Shown one piece after another: positions 39,835 through 46,958 of a stretch of 48,023 nucleotides of DNA (its first letter is position 1; every line of letters begins with the position of its first letter). Origin of the DNA: an uncultured Candidatus Saccharibacteria bacterium (GTDB lineage Bacteria; Patescibacteriota; Minisyncoccia; UBA6257; 2-01-FULL-56-20); assembly GCA_964361095.1 (NCBI GenBank), contig CAYHZA010000005.1, forward strand, positions 19,080 through 67,102, read 5' to 3'. The notes beneath the pieces were generated by a model. That model saw nothing but the letters and a program-made list of their open reading frames with translations. It searched no databases and was not told where the DNA came from. The translations under genes and the position numbers were made by a program.

Positions 39835-39992
39835 TATGTGCCTCGCTTGTCTTCAAGGGGTAGGTTGATGTTAATGAGCTTTGTTTCTGCTGTTGGTAGT
39901 TTGATGATTTTGTTGAAATTGTCAAGCTCTCGTAATGGTTCAATAGCTTCGAATCATTACGGGAGAATATATAGAAAATCAAAGTAATCAAA

Positions 39993-40028
39993 AGGGGGTT
40001 GAGTCTGTATCACGTAACTCAACCCCCT
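39993..40028 (-). terminator. Terminator of the ATP-grasp gene
   Basis: AGGGGGTTGAGT...ACTCAACCCCCT stem with a T-run on the minus strand. Confidence 0.7.
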
Positions 40029-40032
40029 GAGT

Positions 40033-41022
40033 TTATAGCGGAGGATTGGATAAAAGTTCTGCTATTGCACGGGAAATTGGCATTCCTGTTAGTTCTTCGA
40101 TCCAGCCCCACTGCCCACTGGGATTTATCTCGAGGAAGACATACTGACCTTCAGGAGTCAGAATCATGTCAATTGCCCCGAAGCTTAAGTCCCATGATTT
40201 CATCAGTTTCAAAAGAGCGTCTCGAACTTCATTTGGTAAATCGAATTGCTCGTGCCGGACGTTCCCAAAATCATATCGCCGCCAGTCGTCTTGAGTTCTT
40301 GTGCTATCCTGTGAATGTATCGCGCACGTAAAAACATTGTTGCCAACAATCGTAATACGCAGTTCAAGTTTCTTGGGGATGTATTCTTGCGCAAAGACAG
40401 GAGCGATTCGAATGCTCTCAAAATGCGTTCGTAGCTCATCCTCGGAGACTCGGTTAGTGTAGAGTGTGTAGATCTCGCCCGAGGCGGAGTCAACGAAAAG
40501 ATGTCCCTTGAGCATCTTAACCGCAATTGATCCTCCGCATGCGCGGCAAAATTCCAGAAGGTTTTTGGGGTCGTTGGTGATGATAGTTCTGGGAACAAGA
40601 AGACCATGGCGTGAGGCGCATTTCAACTGAAAAAACTTGTTATGCTCTAATAGTCGATTTGCGACGACAGGCTTATTCATCCAGAATGTCTCAAGGGTCG
40701 TATAGAGTGACCACAATGCAGCTGTGGATTCCTCTTTGACTAACTTGAAGTATCCTTCCGGAAGAACTGATAGGTTTTCGGGAGAGCGGGTTCCCCGATA
40801 CCAGCAGCTTTTTATCTCCATTAGAGAAATTATGGGGTTATCGGCAATCCTCAGCATGCCATCAAGGTTCTTGTCGCTAAGCTCTAGATTCACTTGCGAA
40901 TCGCGGGGAAACGTTTCCGTGTTGAACTTGAGATATTTTTGATCCATTTGCTCGAAGCACGCTATTACCGGGTTGACGCTAACATCGGGAGCGCTTGTTA
41001 AAATCAGAACTGCATCTTTCAC
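40033..41022 (-). CDS. ATP-grasp RiPP maturase (MvdC/MvdD graspetide synthetase-like)
   Basis: VLILT..D, FNTETFP, WMNKP, NKFFQL, VPRTIITND, QEYIPKKLELRITIVG, DWR, FGAIDMI, FLEINPSGQWGWIE; SD AAGGAGG. Confidence 0.92.
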   Translation of the reverse strand: MKDAVLILTSAPDVSVNPVIACFEQMDQKYLKFNTETFPRDSQVNLELSDKNLDGMLRIADNPIISLMEIKSCWYRGTRSPENLSVLPEGYFKLVKEESTAALWSLYTTLETFWMNKPVVANRLLEHNKFFQLKCASRHGLLVPRTIITNDPKNLLEFCRACGGSIAVKMLKGHLFVDSASGEIYTLYTNRVSEDELRTHFESIRIAPVFAQEYIPKKLELRITIVGNNVFTCAIHSQDSTRTQDDWRRYDFGNVRHEQFDLPNEVRDALLKLMKSWDLSFGAIDMILTPEGQYVFLEINPSGQWGWIEELTGMPISRAIAELLSNPPL

Positions 41023-41114
41023 CGAGGTTCCTCCTTCCGCTTAGTTGCTTATTGTGTTTTTAAGGTGCTGTGTCTAAAGTTAAGGTAAGCGCTATTCTAT
41101 ATATAAGTCAAGAT

Positions 41115-41873
41115 ATGGAGCAAAAAAAGTCCACGCAAGAAATTCCCCAAAGAACGAAGCAGCACCTCTTTAAGGTTCTTCAAGCTGCCGATGCAAAACG
41201 AAAATATCGTTGGGCAATTGATGTCTATGAGCACTATCGTAAAGTCTATTCCTTCGACGACGCGCTTGACTACAGGTTGGCGTTACTCTATGACCACTTG
41301 GTAATATTCAAAATAGAAAAACTATTAGATAAAACAAAAAAGCAGAAATTTTTAAAAAAATACCTTAAGAAAGCAGAGAACATTTATCGTGCAATAGTAA
41401 AAAGAAATCCAGATTACCACCTCGCATTCCACGGCTTGAGCCGTGTGTACCAAGCTCGCGCGCAATATCGAAAGGCAATCATGTACGCAAAAAGAGCATA
41501 TGCCCTTCTTAAAAAACTTCCAAAAAAGAGACGTGGTGTACTTGGTATAGGCAATGTGTTCTTATTGGCAGGCGACCACAAGAATGCCGAAAAATGGTTT
41601 AAAAAAGAATTGAACGATCTAGGTAAAAATCACCTGGGAGCGAATGCTAATGTAATGATGTTTTATCTTCAAACAAACAATCTTAAAAAAGGTTTGCCAT
41701 ACGCCCTCAAGACAGAAAAACTTCTTACAAGCGAACTTGCAAAGCCGATCTATCGAGGGGTCAATACAGGTTCAAGCAATAAAACGATCGGGTTGTTGAG
41801 AAAAAGGATTGATAAAATTAAGCAATTTAATTCTCACATGAAAAATAAACAGCCCACCGTTGGTGGGCTGTAG
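41115..41873 (+). CDS. TPR-repeat protein
   Basis: AENIYRAIVKRNPDYHLAFHGLSRVYQARAQYRKAIMYAKRA and IGNVFLLAGDHKNAEKWFKK TPR patterns. ATG at 41115 preferred over GTG at 41070. Confidence 0.8.
   Translation: MEQKKSTQEIPQRTKQHLFKVLQAADAKRKYRWAIDVYEHYRKVYSFDDALDYRLALLYDHLVIFKIEKLLDKTKKQKFLKKYLKKAENIYRAIVKRNPDYHLAFHGLSRVYQARAQYRKAIMYAKRAYALLKKLPKKRRGVLGIGNVFLLAGDHKNAEKWFKKELNDLGKNHLGANANVMMFYLQTNNLKKGLPYALKTEKLLTSELAKPIYRGVNTGSSNKTIGLLRKRIDKIKQFNSHMKNKQPTVGGL
41842..41871 (-). terminator. Terminator of precursor 1
   Basis: ACAGCCCACC-GTT-GGTGGGCTGT perfect stem with a T-rich tail on the minus strand, just past the precursor stop. Confidence 0.75.
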
Positions 41874-41886
41874 GAATACAGTTCCT

Positions 41887-42087
41887 TCAGTCGCTGCAGT
41901 CGTAGTCCAAGACGTCGTTGCCTCCTGTCGAGTTGATCTGGGTTGCAGTCGCCGAAGGCGATTCTTGGCCGACCCTTTGTATTCCCGGTTTTTCCAGGAA
42001 GTTTGCGATGAAGGGTTTCGGTCCGACGTGGTTGACTGAAAGCTCAATGAGAGCTTCTGGAGGAGCAGTTGTCATGGTTCGCATCAC
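41887..42087 (-). CDS. Graspetide (omega-ester peptide) precursor candidate
   Basis: SD GGAGGTG 6 nt before the GTG at 42087 (ATG follows at 42084). Leader KPFIANFLE resembles microviridin PFFARFL. Core SPSATATQINSTGGNDVLDYDCSD has Ser/Thr followed by Asp. Confidence 0.82.
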   Translation of the reverse strand: MMRTMTTAPPEALIELSVNHVGPKPFIANFLEKPGIQRVGQESPSATATQINSTGGNDVLDYDCSD

Positions 42088-42092
42088 TTTTT

Positions 42093-42166
42093 TCACCTCC
42101 TTTCTTTTGAATTTTTAAATTACTAACTAATTTCATAATGACAAGGTTTTTATGTTTTGTCAACTT
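42093..42166 (-). promoter_or_regulatory. 74-bp promoter+RBS cassette, copy 1
   Basis: TTGACA-17nt-CATTAT ... AAAGGAGGTGA; 70/74 identical to 44986-45059. Confidence 0.85.
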
Positions 42167-42205
42167 GCCATCTATTTCTGTAGCTTGATTCTGCTATAAT
42201 AAAAG

Positions 42206-42254
42206 TATGATTCCTCGCGAAGATATTCAGAAAATTCTTGAAGCGCAAGTATAG
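42206..42254 (+). pseudogene. Gene 5' stub MIPREDIQKILEA, copy 1
   Basis: Preceded by TGCTATAAT; 42206-42236 matches 46038-46068 at 29/31, both differences synonymous. Confidence 0.65.
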
Positions 42255-42337
42255 AAAAACGCTTGACAAATTTGCTTTAATGAGTTATTTTATGGGAAGT
42301 ATCTTGGTATAAATAAGGTCAAGAAAAGGAGAAACCG

Positions 42338-42478
42338 ATGCGGTGTCAACATGGTTCTCCGGAGGAATGCCGCTTCAGAAATTGCGAAGGGTCGCTCGCG
42401 GCCCCCGGTTCATGGAAAGATTTCTTCAAAAGACTTATTGAATTCCTCAAGTCTTATTTTAAAAGAATTAACTCATAG
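42338..42478 (+). CDS. Small 46-aa peptide (not in ORF track)
   Basis: AAGGAG SD and TTGACA near 42264. MRCQHGSPEECRFRNCEGSLAAPGSWKDFFKRLIEFLKSYFKRINS. Confidence 0.5.
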   Translation: MRCQHGSPEECRFRNCEGSLAAPGSWKDFFKRLIEFLKSYFKRINS

Positions 42479-42550
42479 CTGGACGACAAGTCCAGCTATT
42501 GTTTTTAAAATATAACATCCGCTTGCTATATATGTTCAAAACTTTCGAGC

Positions 42551-42588
42551 AAAAAAATGAGCTAAACGAATTTCTGTTTAGCTCATTT
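42551..42588 (-). terminator. Terminator of the radical SAM gene
   Basis: AAATGAGCTAAAC...GTTTAGCTCATTT 13-bp stem with a T-run on the minus strand. Confidence 0.8.
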
Positions 42589-42606
42589 GAATTCTGACAG
42601 GTTGGT

Positions 42607-43887
42607 TTAGGTTGGCGTTTCCTCAAGAGAACCCCATTCTCCAAGATATGGACTGTAGAGGCACTCTGTGGGTTTCGCCACGAAGCTTCCCGACTTATCC
42701 ATGTTTTTTGCTTTTGGCCTGCAATCGAAGCAGGCGTATCGGTACTCGCAATCCCTGCAAATTTCGATATGGTCCTTAGAGAGTTGTCTGATTCTTTGCG
42801 CACGTCCTTTCTTAAGGATGTTTTCCAGGCTTGTTTCCAGTACGTTGCCGTAGGACATATCTCGTTCCATAATACAGGGATATACATCGCCACTCGGTCC
42901 TACGCACACCTTCTTTGAAAAACAGTTGTGTCCATAGTGCCGTTGAGTAAAAATCTCTTTCGTGCACTTTGGAAAAACTGGTCTAGTGAGATACGTGGAG
43001 GAGATTAGCTTGGTAGGTACGAGATCATTGTTGCAACCCCGGCCACTGGGTCTTACCAGATCTACCCCTACGCGTGGAATCCCCAATTCCGTGAGAAAAC
43101 ATTTCGTCTCCTCAAGGTTGTCTTGATTGTGAATCATACCAACAATTCCGGCTCGCACCTCTAGCCCAGCGGCAAGCATCCTTTTGACGTTGCTTACCGT
43201 GTGAGCGTGACTATTTTTCCCGAGGGTGATTCGTTCATGAATTGCCGGATCGTCACCGTAGAAAGAAACTGCCACGTTGACTTTGTGCTCTTTCAATGCA
43301 TCCAGCATTCTGTCGGTGAGGATAGTTGCGTTTGTAAAAACCTCTACAAACGCGAAAGATCGCTTCCTCGCATATTTGATCAATCGGATGAGATTTTCAC
43401 CCAGTATCAGTGGTTCTCCACCGATAAATTGAAGTTTTTTACACCCGAGATCGGAGACCTGATCAATGACCGAAAGCCAATCTTGGATTGACATCCGATC
43501 TTTTCCGATCAGCGAGGGATTACTTCCCGCATAGCAGTGCACACACTTCAGATTACATCCGGCGGTGAGCTCAAGCCAAATGAAGCTCAGGAGTTTCTGG
43601 TCCTTATTGATGTCGACTTTCTGGATTTTTTCTCCTGCTTCGAGATATCTCCCTAACTTGGACTCAGCCAGTTTGTTCAAATACTCAATCGACTCACCCC
43701 TGTTCAGTTCAGGGTTTTCTGTGAATATGGCCTTGGGAGACAACCCTTGTTCACAGAGTTCCAGAAGTTTTCTGGCCTCCTGATCGATGGAGTATACGTT
43801 ACCGTCCTCCAAATTATAGATCGCGGCACGTTTAGCTCCGGTAACCAAAAACACATTTTCAGCAAGTCCGAACTTTCTGCTTTCCAT
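42607..43887 (-). CDS. Radical SAM/SPASM peptide maturase with N-terminal RRE-like domain
   Basis: CNLKCVHC, IGGEPL, FTNAT; SPASM C...GDVYPC...CRDCEYRYACFDCR...C; about 90-aa PqqD-like N-terminus; SD AAGGAG. Confidence 0.92.
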   Translation of the reverse strand: MESRKFGLAENVFLVTGAKRAAIYNLEDGNVYSIDQEARKLLELCEQGLSPKAIFTENPELNRGESIEYLNKLAESKLGRYLEAGEKIQKVDINKDQKLLSFIWLELTAGCNLKCVHCYAGSNPSLIGKDRMSIQDWLSVIDQVSDLGCKKLQFIGGEPLILGENLIRLIKYARKRSFAFVEVFTNATILTDRMLDALKEHKVNVAVSFYGDDPAIHERITLGKNSHAHTVSNVKRMLAAGLEVRAGIVGMIHNQDNLEETKCFLTELGIPRVGVDLVRPSGRGCNNDLVPTKLISSTYLTRPVFPKCTKEIFTQRHYGHNCFSKKVCVGPSGDVYPCIMERDMSYGNVLETSLENILKKGRAQRIRQLSKDHIEICRDCEYRYACFDCRPKAKNMDKSGSFVAKPTECLYSPYLGEWGSLEETPT

Positions 43888-43978
43888 ACACGCTCCTTAA
43901 TTAAGTCAAAGGTCTTGCTGTATAATCCTTTATAAGTGCTGTATTGTCAAGAAAGTAGTCATGATATAAACTATTAAT

Positions 43979-44788
43979 ATGATTCGTCTTTCATTTATAG
44001 TTGATAAAAGTTTTATATTGCAACACATACTGAAAAGTTTTTCGGACTGGCGTAGTGTCAAAGTTTTAAAACATAAACTCTGGAAACGAAATCAAAAACT
44101 TTACTATATCCTTGCGCAAAATATTGAACCTTTGACGTTCGCTGATAACTTTTCAGAGGAACTTAAAAGGGCCGTTAAGGATTCTCTATCTGACCTTTCT
44201 TTTATTTATAAGAACCCTTTGTTTAGAAAAATACTAAAAGAAACTGAGAAGTATAGATTATTTGTCAATGAGCAGTGGGAAAAGAATTATAATTTATCGC
44301 TGATGCATATGCGGGATATTACAAAGTTGCCGCTTGATACCGTGCAGTTAAATCTTGAGGTATATATTTCTCACCCGAAGCTATCCAGGGGCAGATCGTA
44401 TCCGGAACAGCGTGTCATCGCATGGGCTCATAGTGAGGATTGGAAGAACTATTCAACAGTATATCTTTGGCATGAAATTATGCATCACATTGCGTATAGC
44501 CGAAAAGGAAGCTCTCATCTTATGCATGCATTAATTGAATTAGCGTGCGATAACGAATTGCGGGTTAGACTTAATGGAAGAGGCGGATATTTCAGGGAGG
44601 GCGAATTCGATGTCGGTCATAACTATTTAGTGAAGTTAGAAAGAAAGATAACAGAAGAATGGAAAAAATATTTAAACGATCCCCGTACTAATGTTTATCA
44701 ATTAGAGAGAAAATTACGTTCCAAATTCTCAGAGGAGTTTTTAGTGTCGCGACAATCAGCGCTTAACGAGTGGGCTGAATGGCACTAA
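43979..44788 (+). CDS. HExxH motif protein (putative zinc metallopeptidase)
   Basis: VYLWHEIMHH with downstream HALIEL. Confidence 0.65.
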   Translation: MIRLSFIVDKSFILQHILKSFSDWRSVKVLKHKLWKRNQKLYYILAQNIEPLTFADNFSEELKRAVKDSLSDLSFIYKNPLFRKILKETEKYRLFVNEQWEKNYNLSLMHMRDITKLPLDTVQLNLEVYISHPKLSRGRSYPEQRVIAWAHSEDWKNYSTVYLWHEIMHHIAYSRKGSSHLMHALIELACDNELRVRLNGRGGYFREGEFDVGHNYLVKLERKITEEWKKYLNDPRTNVYQLERKLRSKFSEEFLVSRQSALNEWAEWH

Positions 44789-44817
44789 AAAATACGGCAT
44801 CCAAAGTGGATGCCGTA
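44787..44817 (-). terminator. Terminator of precursor 2
   Basis: TACGGCATCCA-CTT-TGGATGCCGTA-TTTTTT on the minus strand. Confidence 0.85.
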
Positions 44818-44836
44818 GCAGTTTTGCGAGTTTGAT

Positions 44837-44980
44837 CTATGACGGCATGCACGCCGGTTGGCAGTCGGGTCCGCACTGAGGAATGCATTCCGTGCTTTCG
44901 GGCGCAACTTGTTCTCCGTCTGGAGCGTTGTCACTCGACTGAAGTTTCTGGTTTCCCTGAGTGACCTTTGTAAGTTCCAA
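44837..44980 (-). CDS. Cys-rich RiPP precursor candidate, 47 aa (not in ORF track)
   Basis: SD GGAGGTG 6 nt before TTG. MELTKVTQGNQKLQSSDNAPDGEQVAPESTECIPQCGPDCQPACMPS. Own promoter and terminator. Confidence 0.82.
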   Translation of the reverse strand: MELTKVTQGNQKLQSSDNAPDGEQVAPESTECIPQCGPDCQPACMPS

Positions 44981-44985
44981 GTTTC

Positions 44986-45059
44986 TCACCTCCTTTCTTT
45001 TGAATTTGTAAATTACTAACTAGTTCCATAATGGCAAGGTTTTTATGTTTTGTCAACTT
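44986..45059 (-). promoter_or_regulatory. 74-bp promoter+RBS cassette, copy 2
   Basis: 70/74 identical to 42093-42166; TTGACA-17-CATTAT; AAAGGAGGTGA. Confidence 0.85.
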
Positions 45060-45062
45060 TTT

Positions 45063-45102
45063 ACCCGCCGAAGCCTTGGGCGAAGGAGTGGCGGAGGCGG
45101 GT
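45063..45102. repeat. REP-like palindrome
   Basis: ACCCGCC...GGCGGGT; the core CCGAAGCCTTGG(G)CGAAGGAG also occurs inverted at 29377-29405. Confidence 0.7.
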
Positions 45103-45165
45103 GCCGTCGGGGAGTAACTCACAGCCGTGGAAATCCTCCTTAATTTCTGGTATAATGTAAGTACC

Positions 45166-45405
45166 ATGGCAATTGATCAAAGGTTAAAGAAATACTTTTG
45201 GGATACGGATTTCAATGCCCTAGACAGAAAGAAGCACAAGCGTTATATCATTGAGCGTATTTTAGAGATGGGGGATGAGCCGGCGGCGGCGTGGATGAGG
45301 CAAACATTTTCCAAGGACGACATTATAAAGGTGCTCAATGCAACGAGAAATATATCGAAGCGGAGCATGCATTTTTGGCATCTCGTTCTCGACCGTTCTG
45401 TATGA
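45166..45405 (+). CDS. DUF6922-like putative antitoxin
   Basis: YFWDTD..LD..KH..YIIERILEMGD...FW; TGGTATAAT upstream. Confidence 0.8.
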   Translation: MAIDQRLKKYFWDTDFNALDRKKHKRYIIERILEMGDEPAAAWMRQTFSKDDIIKVLNATRNISKRSMHFWHLVLDRSV

Positions 45406-46025
45406 AAATACACGCTGAAGCGCTTCCAAAAGATACAGAGCGTCTTCTGCCTTCGCTTGCAGAGATGCCCTCTGTCAAAAACTTTTATCTTGCGGGTGGC
45501 ACCGCGCTCGCTTTGCAGATCGGGCATAGAATATCCGGCGATTTGGATTTCTTTTCGGAAGAAGCTTTTGACGAATCCTTGTTGATTCAAAAACTGTCTG
45601 GGTCCTATGAATTTCAGATAGAGAAGAAGTCAGAACAAACCGTACTTAGTATAATTAGCGGCGTCAAAGTATCTTTCCTCGGGTATCCCTATCCGCTCTT
45701 GGTTCCCGCTAATGAGGCACTCGGTGTACGCGTTGCGGATATTCGCGATATCGCCTGTATGAAAATTGACGCGGCGTCAAACCGCGGCACCAAGCGCGAT
45801 TTTATTGATCTGTACTGTATTATCCGCGCCGCGTTTTCCCTTTCGGACATCCTGCAGTTTTTTGAAAAGAAATATTCTATACTGCACTACAACATGATGC
45901 ACATCAAAAAGAGTTTGGTTTATTTTGAAGACGCCGAAGGCGACCCCATGCCGCAGATGCTTCAGCCGGTTTCATGGGAGGAGGTAAAATCATTCCTGGA
46001 ACGCGAGGCGTTGCGTCTTTCATAG
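45402..46025 (+). CDS. AbiEii/AbiGii family nucleotidyltransferase toxin
   Basis: FYLAGGTALALQIGHRISGDLDFF, MKIDA..RGTKRDFIDLY, SLVYFEDAE; ATGA coupling. Confidence 0.9.
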   Translation: MKIHAEALPKDTERLLPSLAEMPSVKNFYLAGGTALALQIGHRISGDLDFFSEEAFDESLLIQKLSGSYEFQIEKKSEQTVLSIISGVKVSFLGYPYPLLVPANEALGVRVADIRDIACMKIDAASNRGTKRDFIDLYCIIRAAFSLSDILQFFEKKYSILHYNMMHIKKSLVYFEDAEGDPMPQMLQPVSWEEVKSFLEREALRLS

Positions 46026-46037
46026 GCGGCGTCTTAA

Positions 46038-46077
46038 TATGATCCCTCGCGAAGATATTCAAAAAATTAGCAACTAG
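46038..46077 (+). pseudogene. Gene 5' stub MIPREDIQKI, copy 2
   Basis: Direct repeat of 42206-42236. Confidence 0.65.
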
Positions 46078-46820
46078 CCGAGCAAATTCTTAATCTGCCT
46101 CAAATTATTTAAATAAATGCAATCATATTTCTTTTTAATCTTCGTTTTTTTTCGATAAATAATTGCCGCACCGCAGCCAACTTTTCGAGCCCCCATAATG
46201 TCCGTGGGATAACTATCGCCAACGCATAAGATTTGACTTGGTTTCAGCGAAAATTTATTTGCAATGAGCAAGTACAACTTGGGATTTGGCTTACTGATGC
46301 CAATGTCGCAAGAAATTGTAATGTAATCGAAATACCTATTTAGGCGGAAATAATTGATTATTCGTTTTGTAGATTTGTAACTATTAGTCGCTAGGGCAAG
46401 TTTTATTTTCCGCTTTTTCAAGAATGGTAATATTTTTATTGCATCGCTATACATTTTGTGTATTCGAGGATTGCCATAAAACTGATTGGAGATTTCGCGA
46501 TTTATTGATCTTGCTACTTTTCTGTCCTGCAACCCCAGTTTTTTCAGCACTAAATAATGAAAATCAAACCACCAATTTTCAATATTTATCCTTTTGTAAT
46601 GCCTCAACGAGGATCGAGTAATTTTCTTATTACCATACTCCTTCCACGTTTCGTTAAAAGACCTATTTATCATTCGTGGATGAAGATCGAATCCATACTT
46701 TTTGAGTACACTTTGATAAAAAATCCCACGAGAAGGGAAGGGTCGCACGATTGTGTAGTGAAGGTCGAAAATGACTGCTTTATAGCCTACCTGTGAATTT
46801 TCTCTAAATATTCTCCCCAT
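46074..46820 (-). CDS. HAD-superfamily hydrolase (class IA)
   Basis: AVIFDLHYTI, LATN, KPNP, VGDSYPTDIMGA. Confidence 0.85.
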   Translation of the reverse strand: MGRIFRENSQVGYKAVIFDLHYTIVRPFPSRGIFYQSVLKKYGFDLHPRMINRSFNETWKEYGNKKITRSSLRHYKRINIENWWFDFHYLVLKKLGLQDRKVARSINREISNQFYGNPRIHKMYSDAIKILPFLKKRKIKLALATNSYKSTKRIINYFRLNRYFDYITISCDIGISKPNPKLYLLIANKFSLKPSQILCVGDSYPTDIMGARKVGCGAAIIYRKKTKIKKKYDCIYLNNLRQIKNLLG

Positions 46821-46958
46821 GTCGTGAGAGATTTATAACCGTAAATTTATAAAATATCAAGTTGACGAATGTGGTAAAGTTAAGTATGTTGGGGGTAGCT
46901 ACCGAATGATTATTTGGCTCTAAATTCGATTGAAAACAGAAAATGGGGGGTTTATGAT

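Noticed and set aside
41772-42047. 91-aa Thr-rich alternative frame as the graspetide precursor
   Set aside because: It has no SD, overlaps the TPR gene and crosses the terminator. The other frame has the SD and the PFxxxFL leader.
44931-45167. 78-aa minus-strand ORF as the rSAM precursor
   Set aside because: It reads through the promoter cassette and REP element and has no Cys core. The SD-aligned frame is 44837-44980.
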